A DNA stretch of 64,000 bases from Verrucomicrobiota bacterium (GTDB lineage Bacteria; Verrucomicrobiota; Verrucomicrobiia; Limisphaerales; UBA8199): assembly GCA_039806935.1 (NCBI GenBank), contig JBDHQH010000003.1, positions 2,606 to 66,605 on the forward strand. The letters are read 5' to 3'. Position 1 is the stretch's first letter. Every line of letters begins with the position of its first letter. The position numbers and the translations under genes are program-made. Positions 8,824-17,520 of this stretch are shown here, piece after piece. The notes beneath the pieces were generated by a model. The model made no database searches. It saw nothing but the letters and a program-made list of their open reading frames with translations, and was not told the DNA's origin.

Positions 8824-11052
8824 ATGGACAACCAATTGCAAAAATTACCCGCAAGGGAGGCCAGTCAACTCCCGGTGACCGACGTCGATCTGATGACGCC
8901 GCCGGACCGCTTTCAGGCCGCTTCGCGGCTTTACGTGCGTCTGCATCGCCAGCAACTCCTGCTGCGACAGTACTGGTGGGTTTTCCTGGCGATTGCGGGG
9001 TTGGCGGGCGGGGCGCTGCTCTTGATAACGCTGGCGGCTCCGCCGGCCTTCGAGTCGAGCGCGCGCATGTGGCTGACCGGCCGGCTCGACCTCTCGGAGG
9101 GACACCTCTACACCGAGGAACTGGTGAATTTTCTGGGCACCCAGGCGGATCTGCTGCGCAGCGAAGCGGTGGAAAACCGAGCTCTGAGCCGCACGGCGCG
9201 GGAGTTTTCCGAGGCCCACATTCAACCTTTGCCGGGCGCGCTGCAGGCGGTAAAAGGATTCGTGAGCCCCGCGGCGCGTGAGAAGTTCTTGCGGACCGCT
9301 TTTCCCTTCTCCCTGAAAATCACGGAATCTCCGAAGAGCAGCATCCTCGAGTTGCATGCCCGCGGCACGGAACCCAAAACCACCCAGGCTTTCCTGAACG
9401 CGTTGATGACGGAGTACCTGGCGTTCAAACGGGAGGTTCGGGAGGAGGCGTCGGATCGGGCCGTCGCTTCCCTGGCGCGGCAGGTCAGCGGACTGGCGGA
9501 TGAATTGAAGACCCAGCAGGAGCGGATGTACGCCTTTCAGATGTCCAATAACGTGGTGTTTCTGCAGGAACAAGGCAGCGGGGCGCAAAATTATCTGGCG
9601 TTGTTGAGCCGTCAATTGGCCACCCTGCACACCGAGCTGGACTTGTTGCGCGCCATCGAGCCGGAGCAATGGGTTGAATTGGGCCAGCGCACCGCCGCCG
9701 GCCAGACCGAATCCCCGCCCGGAGACGCTTCTGCCGAGCAACGCCTGGCTGGCTTGCAAGGCCCGCGCAACGATTTGTTCCAGGCCAATCAGCAAGTCCA
9801 GATGCTGAAAGCCAGGAGGGACGAACTCGCCAAATCGTTGCAACCGATGCATCCAAAGATTCTGAAGCTCGATCAGGACATCGCGGCGCAGCAACGCCTG
9901 GCGGGGGTGGCGCGCGAGGAAATCCAGCGCCAATTGGTAAACCGCCGCGAGGCGCTCCAGGCGGAGGTGGGAAACCTGCAGAAGGCATTTTCCGAATGGG
10001 ACGTCAAAGCGCTGCAATCCAGCCGCAAAATGGTCGATTACGAGCGGCTGCGCCAGGATGTCCAGCGCACGCAGGCCGCCTACGACAAGCTGCTTTCGGT
10101 GATTTCCACGGTGGACGTCGGCAAGTCTGTGGATCAGGAGAATGTGTCGGTGTTGGAGGCGGCCTCCCCCGCGCTGCCGGTGAACAACTTCATTCGCAAC
10201 GCGGCGCTGGCTTTGGCGCTGGCGCTGCTGCTCGGCGGCGGCGTGTTCTGGCTGCTGGGAAAATTCGACGACCGGTTTGCGTCGTCGATGGAACTGGCGT
10301 CCGACACGCCGGAGCGAGTGCTGGGCCAGATCATGGAGATCCGGCTGGGCAAACCGGAACGGCAGATGCGCCCCGAAGTCCTGACCACGCAACGATTCGA
10401 GTTTCTGGAGGCCTTCCGCAGCATCCGCTCGGCGATCTGGTTTATGGGCGAGTCCGGCCACCGGCCCAGAACTATGTTGATCACCAGCTCGCGACCCGGA
10501 GAGGGAAAAACCACCGTGGCTTTATATCTGGCGGCGACAATGGCCAAAGCGGGATCGCGGGTCTTGCTCGTGGATGGAGACATGCGCCGGGCCAAACTGC
10601 ACCGTTATTTCACGGTGGCGAGCAGCCCCGGCCTGGCTGAAATCCTCGCCGAAGAACAGATGCCGGAGCACCCGGTGGTGGCCACTGCGTTGCCGAACCT
10701 CCATTTCCTCCCGGCGGGCGCTGCCAGCACGGAGCCGGGTGAATTGGTGCTCGGACCGGCGTTCGGAGTTTTTCTGCGCCAGCTTGCGCCCCATTACGAT
10801 CACGTCCTCATTGACTCGCCGCCCGTGTTGGCGGCCGACGATGCGGCCGCCCTGGCGCCCGGGATGGACGGGGTGTTGTTTGTAGTCCGCGGCTCCTACA
10901 CCTCGGCCCGGATGGTGCGCGATGCCCTGGACGCGTTAAGACAGCGCCATTCCCGGGTTCTGGGTTTGATTTTCAACCGGGCCGTCTCCTCGGCGTTTGA
11001 GTACCACCCATATCAACGTTACAAAAACCAGTACCGCTGGCAGCCGGCCTAA
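8824..11052 (+). CDS. Polysaccharide co-polymerase / tyrosine autokinase (Wzc/GumC-like)
   Basis: Two TM segments flank a long coiled-coil periplasmic region. The C-terminal P-loop is LITSSRPGEGKTTVALYLA, followed by VLLVDGDMRR and VLIDSPPVLAADDA. A Tyr-rich tail follows (EYHPYQRYKNQYRW). Confidence 0.85.
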   Translation: MDNQLQKLPAREASQLPVTDVDLMTPPDRFQAASRLYVRLHRQQLLLRQYWWVFLAIAGLAGGALLLITLAAPPAFESSARMWLTGRLDLSEGHLYTEELVNFLGTQADLLRSEAVENRALSRTAREFSEAHIQPLPGALQAVKGFVSPAAREKFLRTAFPFSLKITESPKSSILELHARGTEPKTTQAFLNALMTEYLAFKREVREEASDRAVASLARQVSGLADELKTQQERMYAFQMSNNVVFLQEQGSGAQNYLALLSRQLATLHTELDLLRAIEPEQWVELGQRTAAGQTESPPGDASAEQRLAGLQGPRNDLFQANQQVQMLKARRDELAKSLQPMHPKILKLDQDIAAQQRLAGVAREEIQRQLVNRREALQAEVGNLQKAFSEWDVKALQSSRKMVDYERLRQDVQRTQAAYDKLLSVISTVDVGKSVDQENVSVLEAASPALPVNNFIRNAALALALALLLGGGVFWLLGKFDDRFASSMELASDTPERVLGQIMEIRLGKPERQMRPEVLTTQRFEFLEAFRSIRSAIWFMGESGHRPRTMLITSSRPGEGKTTVALYLAATMAKAGSRVLLVDGDMRRAKLHRYFTVASSPGLAEILAEEQMPEHPVVATALPNLHFLPAGAASTEPGELVLGPAFGVFLRQLAPHYDHVLIDSPPVLAADDAAALAPGMDGVLFVVRGSYTSARMVRDALDALRQRHSRVLGLIFNRAVSSAFEYHPYQRYKNQYRWQPA

Positions 11053-11065
11053 GCCTCCGCTCCGG

Positions 11066-12064
11066 GTGTTGGCGGTCACCAACATCTACCCCACCCCCGG
11101 CCACCCGGCGGGAGGAGTGTTCATCCAGGAGCAGGTGGACGCGCTCAGACGCCGCGGCCTCGAGGTGAAGGTCTTCCTGCTCGACCGACGCCGCGAAGGC
11201 CCCTGGGTTTACTATCGCATGACGGAAAATTTGCATGGGGTGGTGGACGAATTCGCGCCTAACATCGTGCATGTGATGTACGGAGGAGTGATGGCCCGGC
11301 AGGTCGCGGCCCGTCCAGGTCTGCCGCCGGTGGTGGTCACCTTTCACGGCTCGGATTTGCTGGGGGAAAACCTTTCCGGATGGAAACGCAAACTCATTTC
11401 GCGCTACGGCGTCCATTGCTCGCGGCGAGCGGCGCGCCTCGCCAGCGGAATCGTGGTCGTGGCGCGGCATCTGTTGCGTTCGTTGGGCGGGGGCATCGCC
11501 CCGGAGAAGATCCGGTTGATCCCCTGCGGGATCGACCTGGCAAGGTTCAAGCCGCTGGACCAGGCCGAATGTCGCGCCCAACTCGGCTGGGATATGAATG
11601 ACTTTCATGTGATTTTCGCCTCGAGCGCGGGTGATCCGGTGAAACGGCCCGCGCTAGCCCGGGCGGCAGTCACGGCGCTGCGGCGCTCCCCGGCCAAGGT
11701 CCGCTTCCACCTCTTGAGCGGGGTTCCAAACACCCAGGTGCCCCTCTGGCTCAATGCCGGCAACGTCCTGCTGCTATGCTCCCGGCACGAGGGATCCCCC
11801 ACGATCATCAAGGAGGCCCTGGCTTGCGGACTGCCGATCGTATCAGTCCCGGTCGGCGATGTGCCTGAGCGAATCGCCGGAGTCGAGGGCTGTCATCTGG
11901 CGGAACCCACCGTGGCGGATCTGGCGCAAAAAATGGAACGTGTGCGCCTGGCCTCAAGCCGATTGCATTGCGGCGATCGATTGCAATCGCTGTCGGGGGA
12001 AGCCGCCGCCGCTGAACTGGAGGATTTTTATCTCGATTTGCGGACGGCTAACCGGAGCAATTGA
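11066..12064 (+). CDS. Glycosyltransferase family 4
   Basis: GT-B/GT4 pattern: N-terminal (V)LAVTNIYPTPGHPAGGVFIQ, and C-terminal LLCSRHEGSPTIIKEALACGLPIVSVPVGD (EX7E region). The start is uncertain. GTG 11066 avoids overlap with Wzc; the TTG-initiated ORF begins at 10997. Confidence 0.75.
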   Translation: MLAVTNIYPTPGHPAGGVFIQEQVDALRRRGLEVKVFLLDRRREGPWVYYRMTENLHGVVDEFAPNIVHVMYGGVMARQVAARPGLPPVVVTFHGSDLLGENLSGWKRKLISRYGVHCSRRAARLASGIVVVARHLLRSLGGGIAPEKIRLIPCGIDLARFKPLDQAECRAQLGWDMNDFHVIFASSAGDPVKRPALARAAVTALRRSPAKVRFHLLSGVPNTQVPLWLNAGNVLLLCSRHEGSPTIIKEALACGLPIVSVPVGDVPERIAGVEGCHLAEPTVADLAQKMERVRLASSRLHCGDRLQSLSGEAAAAELEDFYLDLRTANRSN

Positions 12065-13635
12065 TGCCGCCGTCCGCAACCACGCAAAGCGCGACCTCAC
12101 CGCCCCGGGTTCCGCGTCTGAAAGCCAATTTATGCGCCAATATCGCGCAACTGGGTCTGACCATCGTGGTGGGGGTCTGGTACGTGCCCTACCTCGTGAG
12201 GGAACTTGGACCAGCGGCCTACGGCTTGGTGCCGCTCACCTCGGTGATCACCTCGTATATGGTGCTGATCACTATTGGCCTCGAGTCGGCGGTCGGCCGG
12301 TTCGAGACGCTGGCGCTGACCCGGGAGAACCACGAACGGGCGAACGTCATCTTCAACGTCGCGCTTTGGGGAAACGTCGGCCTCATCGGGTTGCTGCTGA
12401 TTCCCGCAGGCATCGGCATCCTCCAGGTCCAGCATTTGATCCGCATCCCGCCCGGCTACGACACCGCCACTCGCTGGCTGTTTGGAGCCACCATTGCCGC
12501 CTTTTTGCTCAACCAGATCAAGACTCCGTTCACGGTCTCGTTTTTCTGCCAGAACCGGCTGGATTTGCAAAACCTGGTGGCGGCGGCGGAAATCTTCGTG
12601 CGGGTGGGTCTGGTGGTGCTGTTGTTCACGGCCAAATCGCCGCGCGTGGAATACGTCGGAGCGGCGATCCTGGCGGGCACCTTGATCGCGTTGGCCGGGA
12701 CCGTCTGGGCTTGGCGTTCGTTGACGCCCACGCTGTCGATCAGTTGGCGTCTCTTCGACTGGGGGATGTTGCGGAGCCTCTGCGCCACCGGGATCTGGGT
12801 GATTGTCAGCCAGATCGGCGTAATGCTCTACTTGAACATCGATCTGGTGGTCGCCAACCGCCTGTTTGGGGCCACGTTGAGCGGCGAATACGCGGCGGTG
12901 CTGCAACTCCCCTTCTTGATCCGGTCGCTCTCGGTGGCCGTCAGCGGAGTGTTCGCGCCGACGACATTTCATATTTATGCCCGCGAGGATATCGCCGGTT
13001 TGGTCGGGTATCTCCGACGCTCGATCAAATTTGTCGGCCTGGTGCTGGCGTGGCCAATCGGGCTGACGTGCGGGTTCGCCGATCCGCTGTTGCGCATCTG
13101 GCTGGGCGAACCGTTCAGCGGGCTGGGCTGGCTGTTGGTGATCATGGCCGCACATTTGTGCGTTAATCTGGCCATGTATCCGCTTTATCCCCTTCCCCTG
13201 GCAGTCAATCGCGTCAAGACCCCCGGGCTGGTCACGCTGGCGGTGGGAGTAGGGAATTTAGTGATGGCCTTGTTCTTTGCCACCCGGCTGGGCTGGGGGC
13301 TCTACGGCATCGCCGCCGCGGGGGCGGTAACGCTTTCACTCCGGCACCTCCTCTTCACCCCGCTTTACAGCGCTTACATTTTAAAGCAGCCCTGGACGAC
13401 CTTCTATCGCGGACTGGGTGGCTTCGTGGGCGCCATGCTCGCCACCGCAGGCTTGGGCCGGGCGCTCCTTTTTTGGTGGCCGGTGGACAACTGGCTTGAA
13501 CTGGGAACCGCCAGCGCCGCGGTGTCGCTGGTCTTCTTCTTGATCGTGTATCTGCTGCTCAGCCCGACCGAGCGGCTCGAACTCCGGGAAACCGTGTTGC
13601 GAAGGCGCCAAACAGCACCTGCGACCACGGCCTGA
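12064..13635 (+). CDS. Wzx-type oligosaccharide/polysaccharide flippase (MOP superfamily)
   Basis: About 12-14 predicted TM helices across 520 aa. Position and architecture are typical of the Polysacc_synt family. The start overlaps the previous stop (TTGATG, 12061-12066). Confidence 0.75.
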   Translation: MPPSATTQSATSPPRVPRLKANLCANIAQLGLTIVVGVWYVPYLVRELGPAAYGLVPLTSVITSYMVLITIGLESAVGRFETLALTRENHERANVIFNVALWGNVGLIGLLLIPAGIGILQVQHLIRIPPGYDTATRWLFGATIAAFLLNQIKTPFTVSFFCQNRLDLQNLVAAAEIFVRVGLVVLLFTAKSPRVEYVGAAILAGTLIALAGTVWAWRSLTPTLSISWRLFDWGMLRSLCATGIWVIVSQIGVMLYLNIDLVVANRLFGATLSGEYAAVLQLPFLIRSLSVAVSGVFAPTTFHIYAREDIAGLVGYLRRSIKFVGLVLAWPIGLTCGFADPLLRIWLGEPFSGLGWLLVIMAAHLCVNLAMYPLYPLPLAVNRVKTPGLVTLAVGVGNLVMALFFATRLGWGLYGIAAAGAVTLSLRHLLFTPLYSAYILKQPWTTFYRGLGGFVGAMLATAGLGRALLFWWPVDNWLELGTASAAVSLVFFLIVYLLLSPTERLELRETVLRRRQTAPATTA

Positions 13636-13646
13636 CCACCCGCCCG

Positions 13647-14975
13647 ATGAATTGGAGAAAGCCAGCATACCTGGGCTACGCCCGGTTGCGGGGATACCGC
13701 TTCCCTGGATTATTGCGAGAATACACCGCCGCGTATGAGGCCGGAGCCGGATGGGAGCTCACCCGCGAGCTGCTGGGCCGGCTTTTAAGCCATTGCCGCG
13801 AAGCGGTTCCCTATTACGCCGAACTTTTAAGCCGCCACCAGGCCGAAACGGTGGCAAACGAACCTCTGGTGGCCCTGCGCGAGTTGCCGCCTTTGACCAA
13901 AACCGTCATTCGCGCGCAATTCACCCGACTCCAATCCCGGGACAATCCAGGCCGCCATTGCCAAATCAACACCTCGGGAGGCTCAACCGGGGAGCCGGTG
14001 GCGCTCGTCCAGGATGACGCCTATCGGGACCGCAGCGCCGCGCTGCGCTGGTTCAGCCTGCGATTGCTGGGCTGCGAGGCGGGCCAGCGCCACGTCTGGC
14101 TCTGGGGTTCGGAAAGGGATCTCGAGTCCCACACGCGCTCCGCCAAGGCGCGGCTGTTCAACTGGCTGACGCATGAAACCTGGCTCAACGCCTTTCAAAT
14201 GTCTCCGGCGGCCATGCGACGATTCATCTGCATCCTGAATGACGCCCGGCCGCGGCTCATCCTGGCCTACGCGCAAGCCGCCTGTGAGCTGGCGCGATTC
14301 GCCGAACGGGAGAACCTCGAGGTGGCGCCGCAGCGCCTGATCGTGACCTCGGCCGGCACGTTGTACCCGTTCATGCGCGAGACCATCCGGCGGGTGTTTG
14401 CTTGTGAGATAGCCAACCTCTACGGCTCGCGCGAGGTCAGCGACATCGCCTGGGAACTGCCCGGGACGGCGGGGATGTGGGCGCCGCCCTGGGCCAACTT
14501 CATCGAAATCCTGGACGAGCGGGGGCGACCCGTCCCGCCGGGAACCGAAGGGAACATCGTCGTCACCTCGCTCACCAATTACGCAATGCCGCTCCTGCGC
14601 TATTGGATCGGGGATCGCGGCGCCCTGCTGCCGGGGAACGGCGGCGCGCAGGTGCTCAGCCACGTCTCCGGGCGAACCGTGGATACTTTCCGCCGGCGCG
14701 ACCAGACGCTGGTGGATGGAGAGTACTTCACCCATTTGCTCTACCACCGGCCCTGGGTGGGCAAATTTCAAGTGCTGCAAAAAAGCCATGATCGCCTGCT
14801 CTACCGGATTGTCCTGTCCGACGGACGTCCTCCCGCGGCGGAATTGGAGGAGGTGGCCGCGCGCTCGCGTCTGGCCATGGGCGCGGATTGCCGGGTGGAT
14901 TTTGAATTCCTCGGGGAGCTCCCGCCGCCGCCCTCCGGCAAACACCGCTACACGATTTCCGAGGTGGCGGTCTGA
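13647..14975 (+). CDS. Phenylacetate-CoA ligase-like adenylate-forming enzyme (PaaK/CapK/F390-synthetase family)
   Basis: NTSGGSTGEPV AMP-binding core, YGSREV and WIGDRG motifs, about 440 aa. The family is common in capsule loci (CapK). Confidence 0.75.
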   Translation: MNWRKPAYLGYARLRGYRFPGLLREYTAAYEAGAGWELTRELLGRLLSHCREAVPYYAELLSRHQAETVANEPLVALRELPPLTKTVIRAQFTRLQSRDNPGRHCQINTSGGSTGEPVALVQDDAYRDRSAALRWFSLRLLGCEAGQRHVWLWGSERDLESHTRSAKARLFNWLTHETWLNAFQMSPAAMRRFICILNDARPRLILAYAQAACELARFAERENLEVAPQRLIVTSAGTLYPFMRETIRRVFACEIANLYGSREVSDIAWELPGTAGMWAPPWANFIEILDERGRPVPPGTEGNIVVTSLTNYAMPLLRYWIGDRGALLPGNGGAQVLSHVSGRTVDTFRRRDQTLVDGEYFTHLLYHRPWVGKFQVLQKSHDRLLYRIVLSDGRPPAAELEEVAARSRLAMGADCRVDFEFLGELPPPPSGKHRYTISEVAV

Positions 14976-14992
14976 GCCGCCCTTCGTTTCGC

Positions 14993-15826
14993 ATGATCAT
15001 TTATCAGTCGCGCTTTCTTCGGCGCGCGGAAGTCTGGTTTGGGGAGACTCCGCCGGCTGCCCGGGTGGATTGGATGGTATTTCGCCAACGGCCCGAACCC
15101 TTGCCCGTCGGCCGGTGGCGGCCCTTTTACACCTGGGCCGTGGAGCTGGACAAGGCGCCCGCAGAGTTGCTGGCGGGCATGGATGGATTCACCGCCGCGG
15201 ACATTCGCAAGGCGCTGACGAAAGATCGGGTTCTCTGCCGGAGGTTGGATGCGCGGGACCCGCGCGACCTGGCCGCGTTTTGTGATTTTTATGACGCTTT
15301 CGCGGCGCGCAAACAATTGGTCCGCGCACATCGGCGCTGGCTGCGGCAGACGGCCGACGCGGGCCGCCTGGACCTTTGGGCGTCGGAGAATCCGGCGGGC
15401 CGGCGCCTGGGATACCACCTCTATTACGCGGACCCGCGCCGCTTCCGCAGCCTGCACTCCCCTTCGGTGGACACCAGCGCAATGAGCAAGGAGGAAAGGC
15501 GCGCCGCGGGACGCGCCAACCGGCTTTTGATCTGGAGCGGCATGCTGGCCTGCCGGGAACAAGGCGTGAGCGTGTTCGACCTCGGCGGATGGTACAATGG
15601 CTCCCAGAATCGCGCATTGCTCGGGATCAATAAGTTCAAGGAGGGTTTTGGGGGGCGGAGACTTCGTGAATTCGAGGGCGAGCAGTGGCTCACTGCCAAG
15701 GCGCGGATCACGGTCACGATAGCCCGCTGGCTGGAGGCGGCGAAAGCCCTCCCGCGAAGTTCCCCGTCCGCCGCGCGCCGCCACACGCCAGCTCTCGAAT
15801 GGGGCGCGTCAGAGCCCGCAAAGTGA
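14993..15826 (+). CDS. FemAB/GNAT-superfamily (Acetyltransf_6-like) acyl/aminoacyl transferase, paralogue 1
   Basis: C-terminal FDLGGWYNGSQNRALLGINKFKEGFGG resembles the FemAB-like FK.GFGG signature. Clear paralogue of the next gene (MIIYQSRFLRRAEVWFG vs MFIYRSRFLTRGEVWFE). Confidence 0.55.
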   Translation: MIIYQSRFLRRAEVWFGETPPAARVDWMVFRQRPEPLPVGRWRPFYTWAVELDKAPAELLAGMDGFTAADIRKALTKDRVLCRRLDARDPRDLAAFCDFYDAFAARKQLVRAHRRWLRQTADAGRLDLWASENPAGRRLGYHLYYADPRRFRSLHSPSVDTSAMSKEERRAAGRANRLLIWSGMLACREQGVSVFDLGGWYNGSQNRALLGINKFKEGFGGRRLREFEGEQWLTAKARITVTIARWLEAAKALPRSSPSAARRHTPALEWGASEPAK

Positions 15827-15843
15827 AAATCCGTGATACATCC

Positions 15844-16662
15844 ATGTTTATCTATCGTTCACGTTTTTTAACCCGGGGCGAGGTCTGGTTCGAAGGTTCG
15901 CCCGCCCCGAGCCGGGTGGATTGGATTCTTTACCGGCATCAGGATAAACCCGTCCCGCGAGCAAGGTGGAGGCACTTCCATAACCTGGTCATCGATTTGC
16001 GAAAGAGCGTGGAACAGTTGCGCGCGGAGCTCGATCCTCGAACCGCCTCGAAAATCCAGGCGGCGGAAAAAGATGAAGGCGTCCGGTGCGCGTGGTCGCC
16101 GGTGGCCGAGGAAACGCAACTGAACGAGCTGGAACATTGGTGGAATCACTCGATCGAGTCACGGCGCCGCTGGGGGCCGCTCAGCCGAGCCTGGCTGCGG
16201 CCGATGATCGCGGCCGGCGCGCTCGAGCTTTCCTCCGCTCGCTCGCCGGTGGGCGCGCCGCTGGCCTTGGGCGGGCTTTTCCGCGGCGCGCGGCGCGCGC
16301 AACAGCTCATGATTGTGTCGCCGCCGAGAGAAGCGCCCGATCCCGCCAGCCGGGCCCGCACCGCCCGAGCTTGCGCCTGCCTGATCTGGCACACGCTCTT
16401 GCGGCTGAAGCGCGAGGGCGTGGATTGCTTTGATTTTGGCGGATGGTACCCGGGGTCGGCGGATATTCAATTGCTCGGCGCCAACGCGTTCAAGCGCGGG
16501 TTTGGCGGGGCAGTGGTGCGCGAGTTTGAATGCGAGCAAACCATCACCCTCCGGGGACGCGTCGCCTTAACCGCCGCGCGATGGGTCGAGCGGTTCAAGG
16601 AAGCCCGCTCCCCGAACCGCGAAATCTGGAAAGGTCAAACCGATGCGACGCCCGCGCGCTGA
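15844..16662 (+). CDS. FemAB/GNAT-superfamily (Acetyltransf_6-like) acyl/aminoacyl transferase, paralogue 2
   Basis: FDFGGWYPGSADIQLLGANAFKRGFGG. ATG at 15844 gives an N-terminus collinear with paralogue 1. The upstream part of ORF 15685.. overlaps gene 14993..15826. Confidence 0.55.
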   Translation: MFIYRSRFLTRGEVWFEGSPAPSRVDWILYRHQDKPVPRARWRHFHNLVIDLRKSVEQLRAELDPRTASKIQAAEKDEGVRCAWSPVAEETQLNELEHWWNHSIESRRRWGPLSRAWLRPMIAAGALELSSARSPVGAPLALGGLFRGARRAQQLMIVSPPREAPDPASRARTARACACLIWHTLLRLKREGVDCFDFGGWYPGSADIQLLGANAFKRGFGGAVVREFECEQTITLRGRVALTAARWVERFKEARSPNREIWKGQTDATPAR

Positions 16663-17494
16663 ACAATTTCTGCTCCGCTTCGACGACATTTGCCCCACCA
16701 TGCGCTGGGACCTCTGGGCAGAGATCGAAGCCTGTCTGGTCGAGCACAGCGTCAAGCCCATTCTGGCGGTAGTGCCGGACAACCGCGATCCCGGCCTGCG
16801 GGCGGATCGTCCGGCGGCCGATTTCTGGGACCGGGCGCGCCGGTGGCAAACGCTGGGCTGGACTATCGCCCTGCATGGCTATCAGCATCTTTACGTGGCC
16901 CGGGCCGCGGGGCTGACAAACACCCGCAAAAAGAGCGAATTCGCCTCGCTGCCGTCCGCCGCGCAAGCGGAGAAGCTTCAGCGGGGAACGGAGATCTTCG
17001 CCCGCGAAGGAATCCGCGCGCGGACCTGGATCGCGCCGGGCGACGCCTTTGACGCCGTGACCGTCTCGCTGCTGCCCTCCTTCGGGATCGACATTCTCTC
17101 CGCGGGTTGGTTTTGGCGGCCGCTTGCCGGCCCGCACCGGACCACCTGGGTGCCCTGCCAGATCTCGATCTTGCGGCCGGTTCCCCCAGGCGTCTGGACC
17201 GTATGCTCCCACCATAATTCGTGGACCCAAGCGGATCTGCGCGAGTTCCAAACCGGAGTGGCCAGACACCGGGACCGAATCAGCACTCTGGAGCGGATCT
17301 TGCGCGAGTGGCCGCCGGTGGCGAGCGCCTGGAGCTACCGATTTTGCACTTGTCCCAGGCTTTCCTCCCTGATGGTGCGCGCGCAGCTTAAGTTTTGGAA
17401 AATGTGGCGGAGCGGTTCCGCCAGGCACTCCGGGGCGGAAAGCGAGCCATGCCGGAATCCTCAGGCTTCGGCCCCGGCGCAACAGCTTCACTGA
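16643..17494 (+). CDS. DUF2334 / polysaccharide-deacetylase-like protein
   Basis: FLLRFDDICPTMRWDLWAEIEACLVEHSVKPILAVVPDNRDP...ALHGYQH pattern typical of DUF2334 (deacetylase-fold). 20-nt overlap with the previous gene. Confidence 0.6.
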   Translation: MRRPRAEQFLLRFDDICPTMRWDLWAEIEACLVEHSVKPILAVVPDNRDPGLRADRPAADFWDRARRWQTLGWTIALHGYQHLYVARAAGLTNTRKKSEFASLPSAAQAEKLQRGTEIFAREGIRARTWIAPGDAFDAVTVSLLPSFGIDILSAGWFWRPLAGPHRTTWVPCQISILRPVPPGVWTVCSHHNSWTQADLREFQTGVARHRDRISTLERILREWPPVASAWSYRFCTCPRLSSLMVRAQLKFWKMWRSGSARHSGAESEPCRNPQASAPAQQLH

Positions 17495-17520
17495 CGCTCA
17501 TTCTTCTCCACGGGTTTATC

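Noticed and set aside
8845-10461. 538-aa ORF on the minus strand, fully antisense to the Wzc-like gene
   Set aside because: The composition is Arg/Gln/His/Leu-rich with no motifs. The + strand ORF has clear Walker A/B, coiled-coil and TM features. This is a typical shadow ORF of high-GC DNA.
11754-13166. 470-aa alternative-frame ORF overlapping the GT4 3' end and the flippase
   Set aside because: The product is Arg/Pro/Gly-rich with no TM or enzyme motifs. The frame used for the flippase gives about 12-14 clean TM helices.
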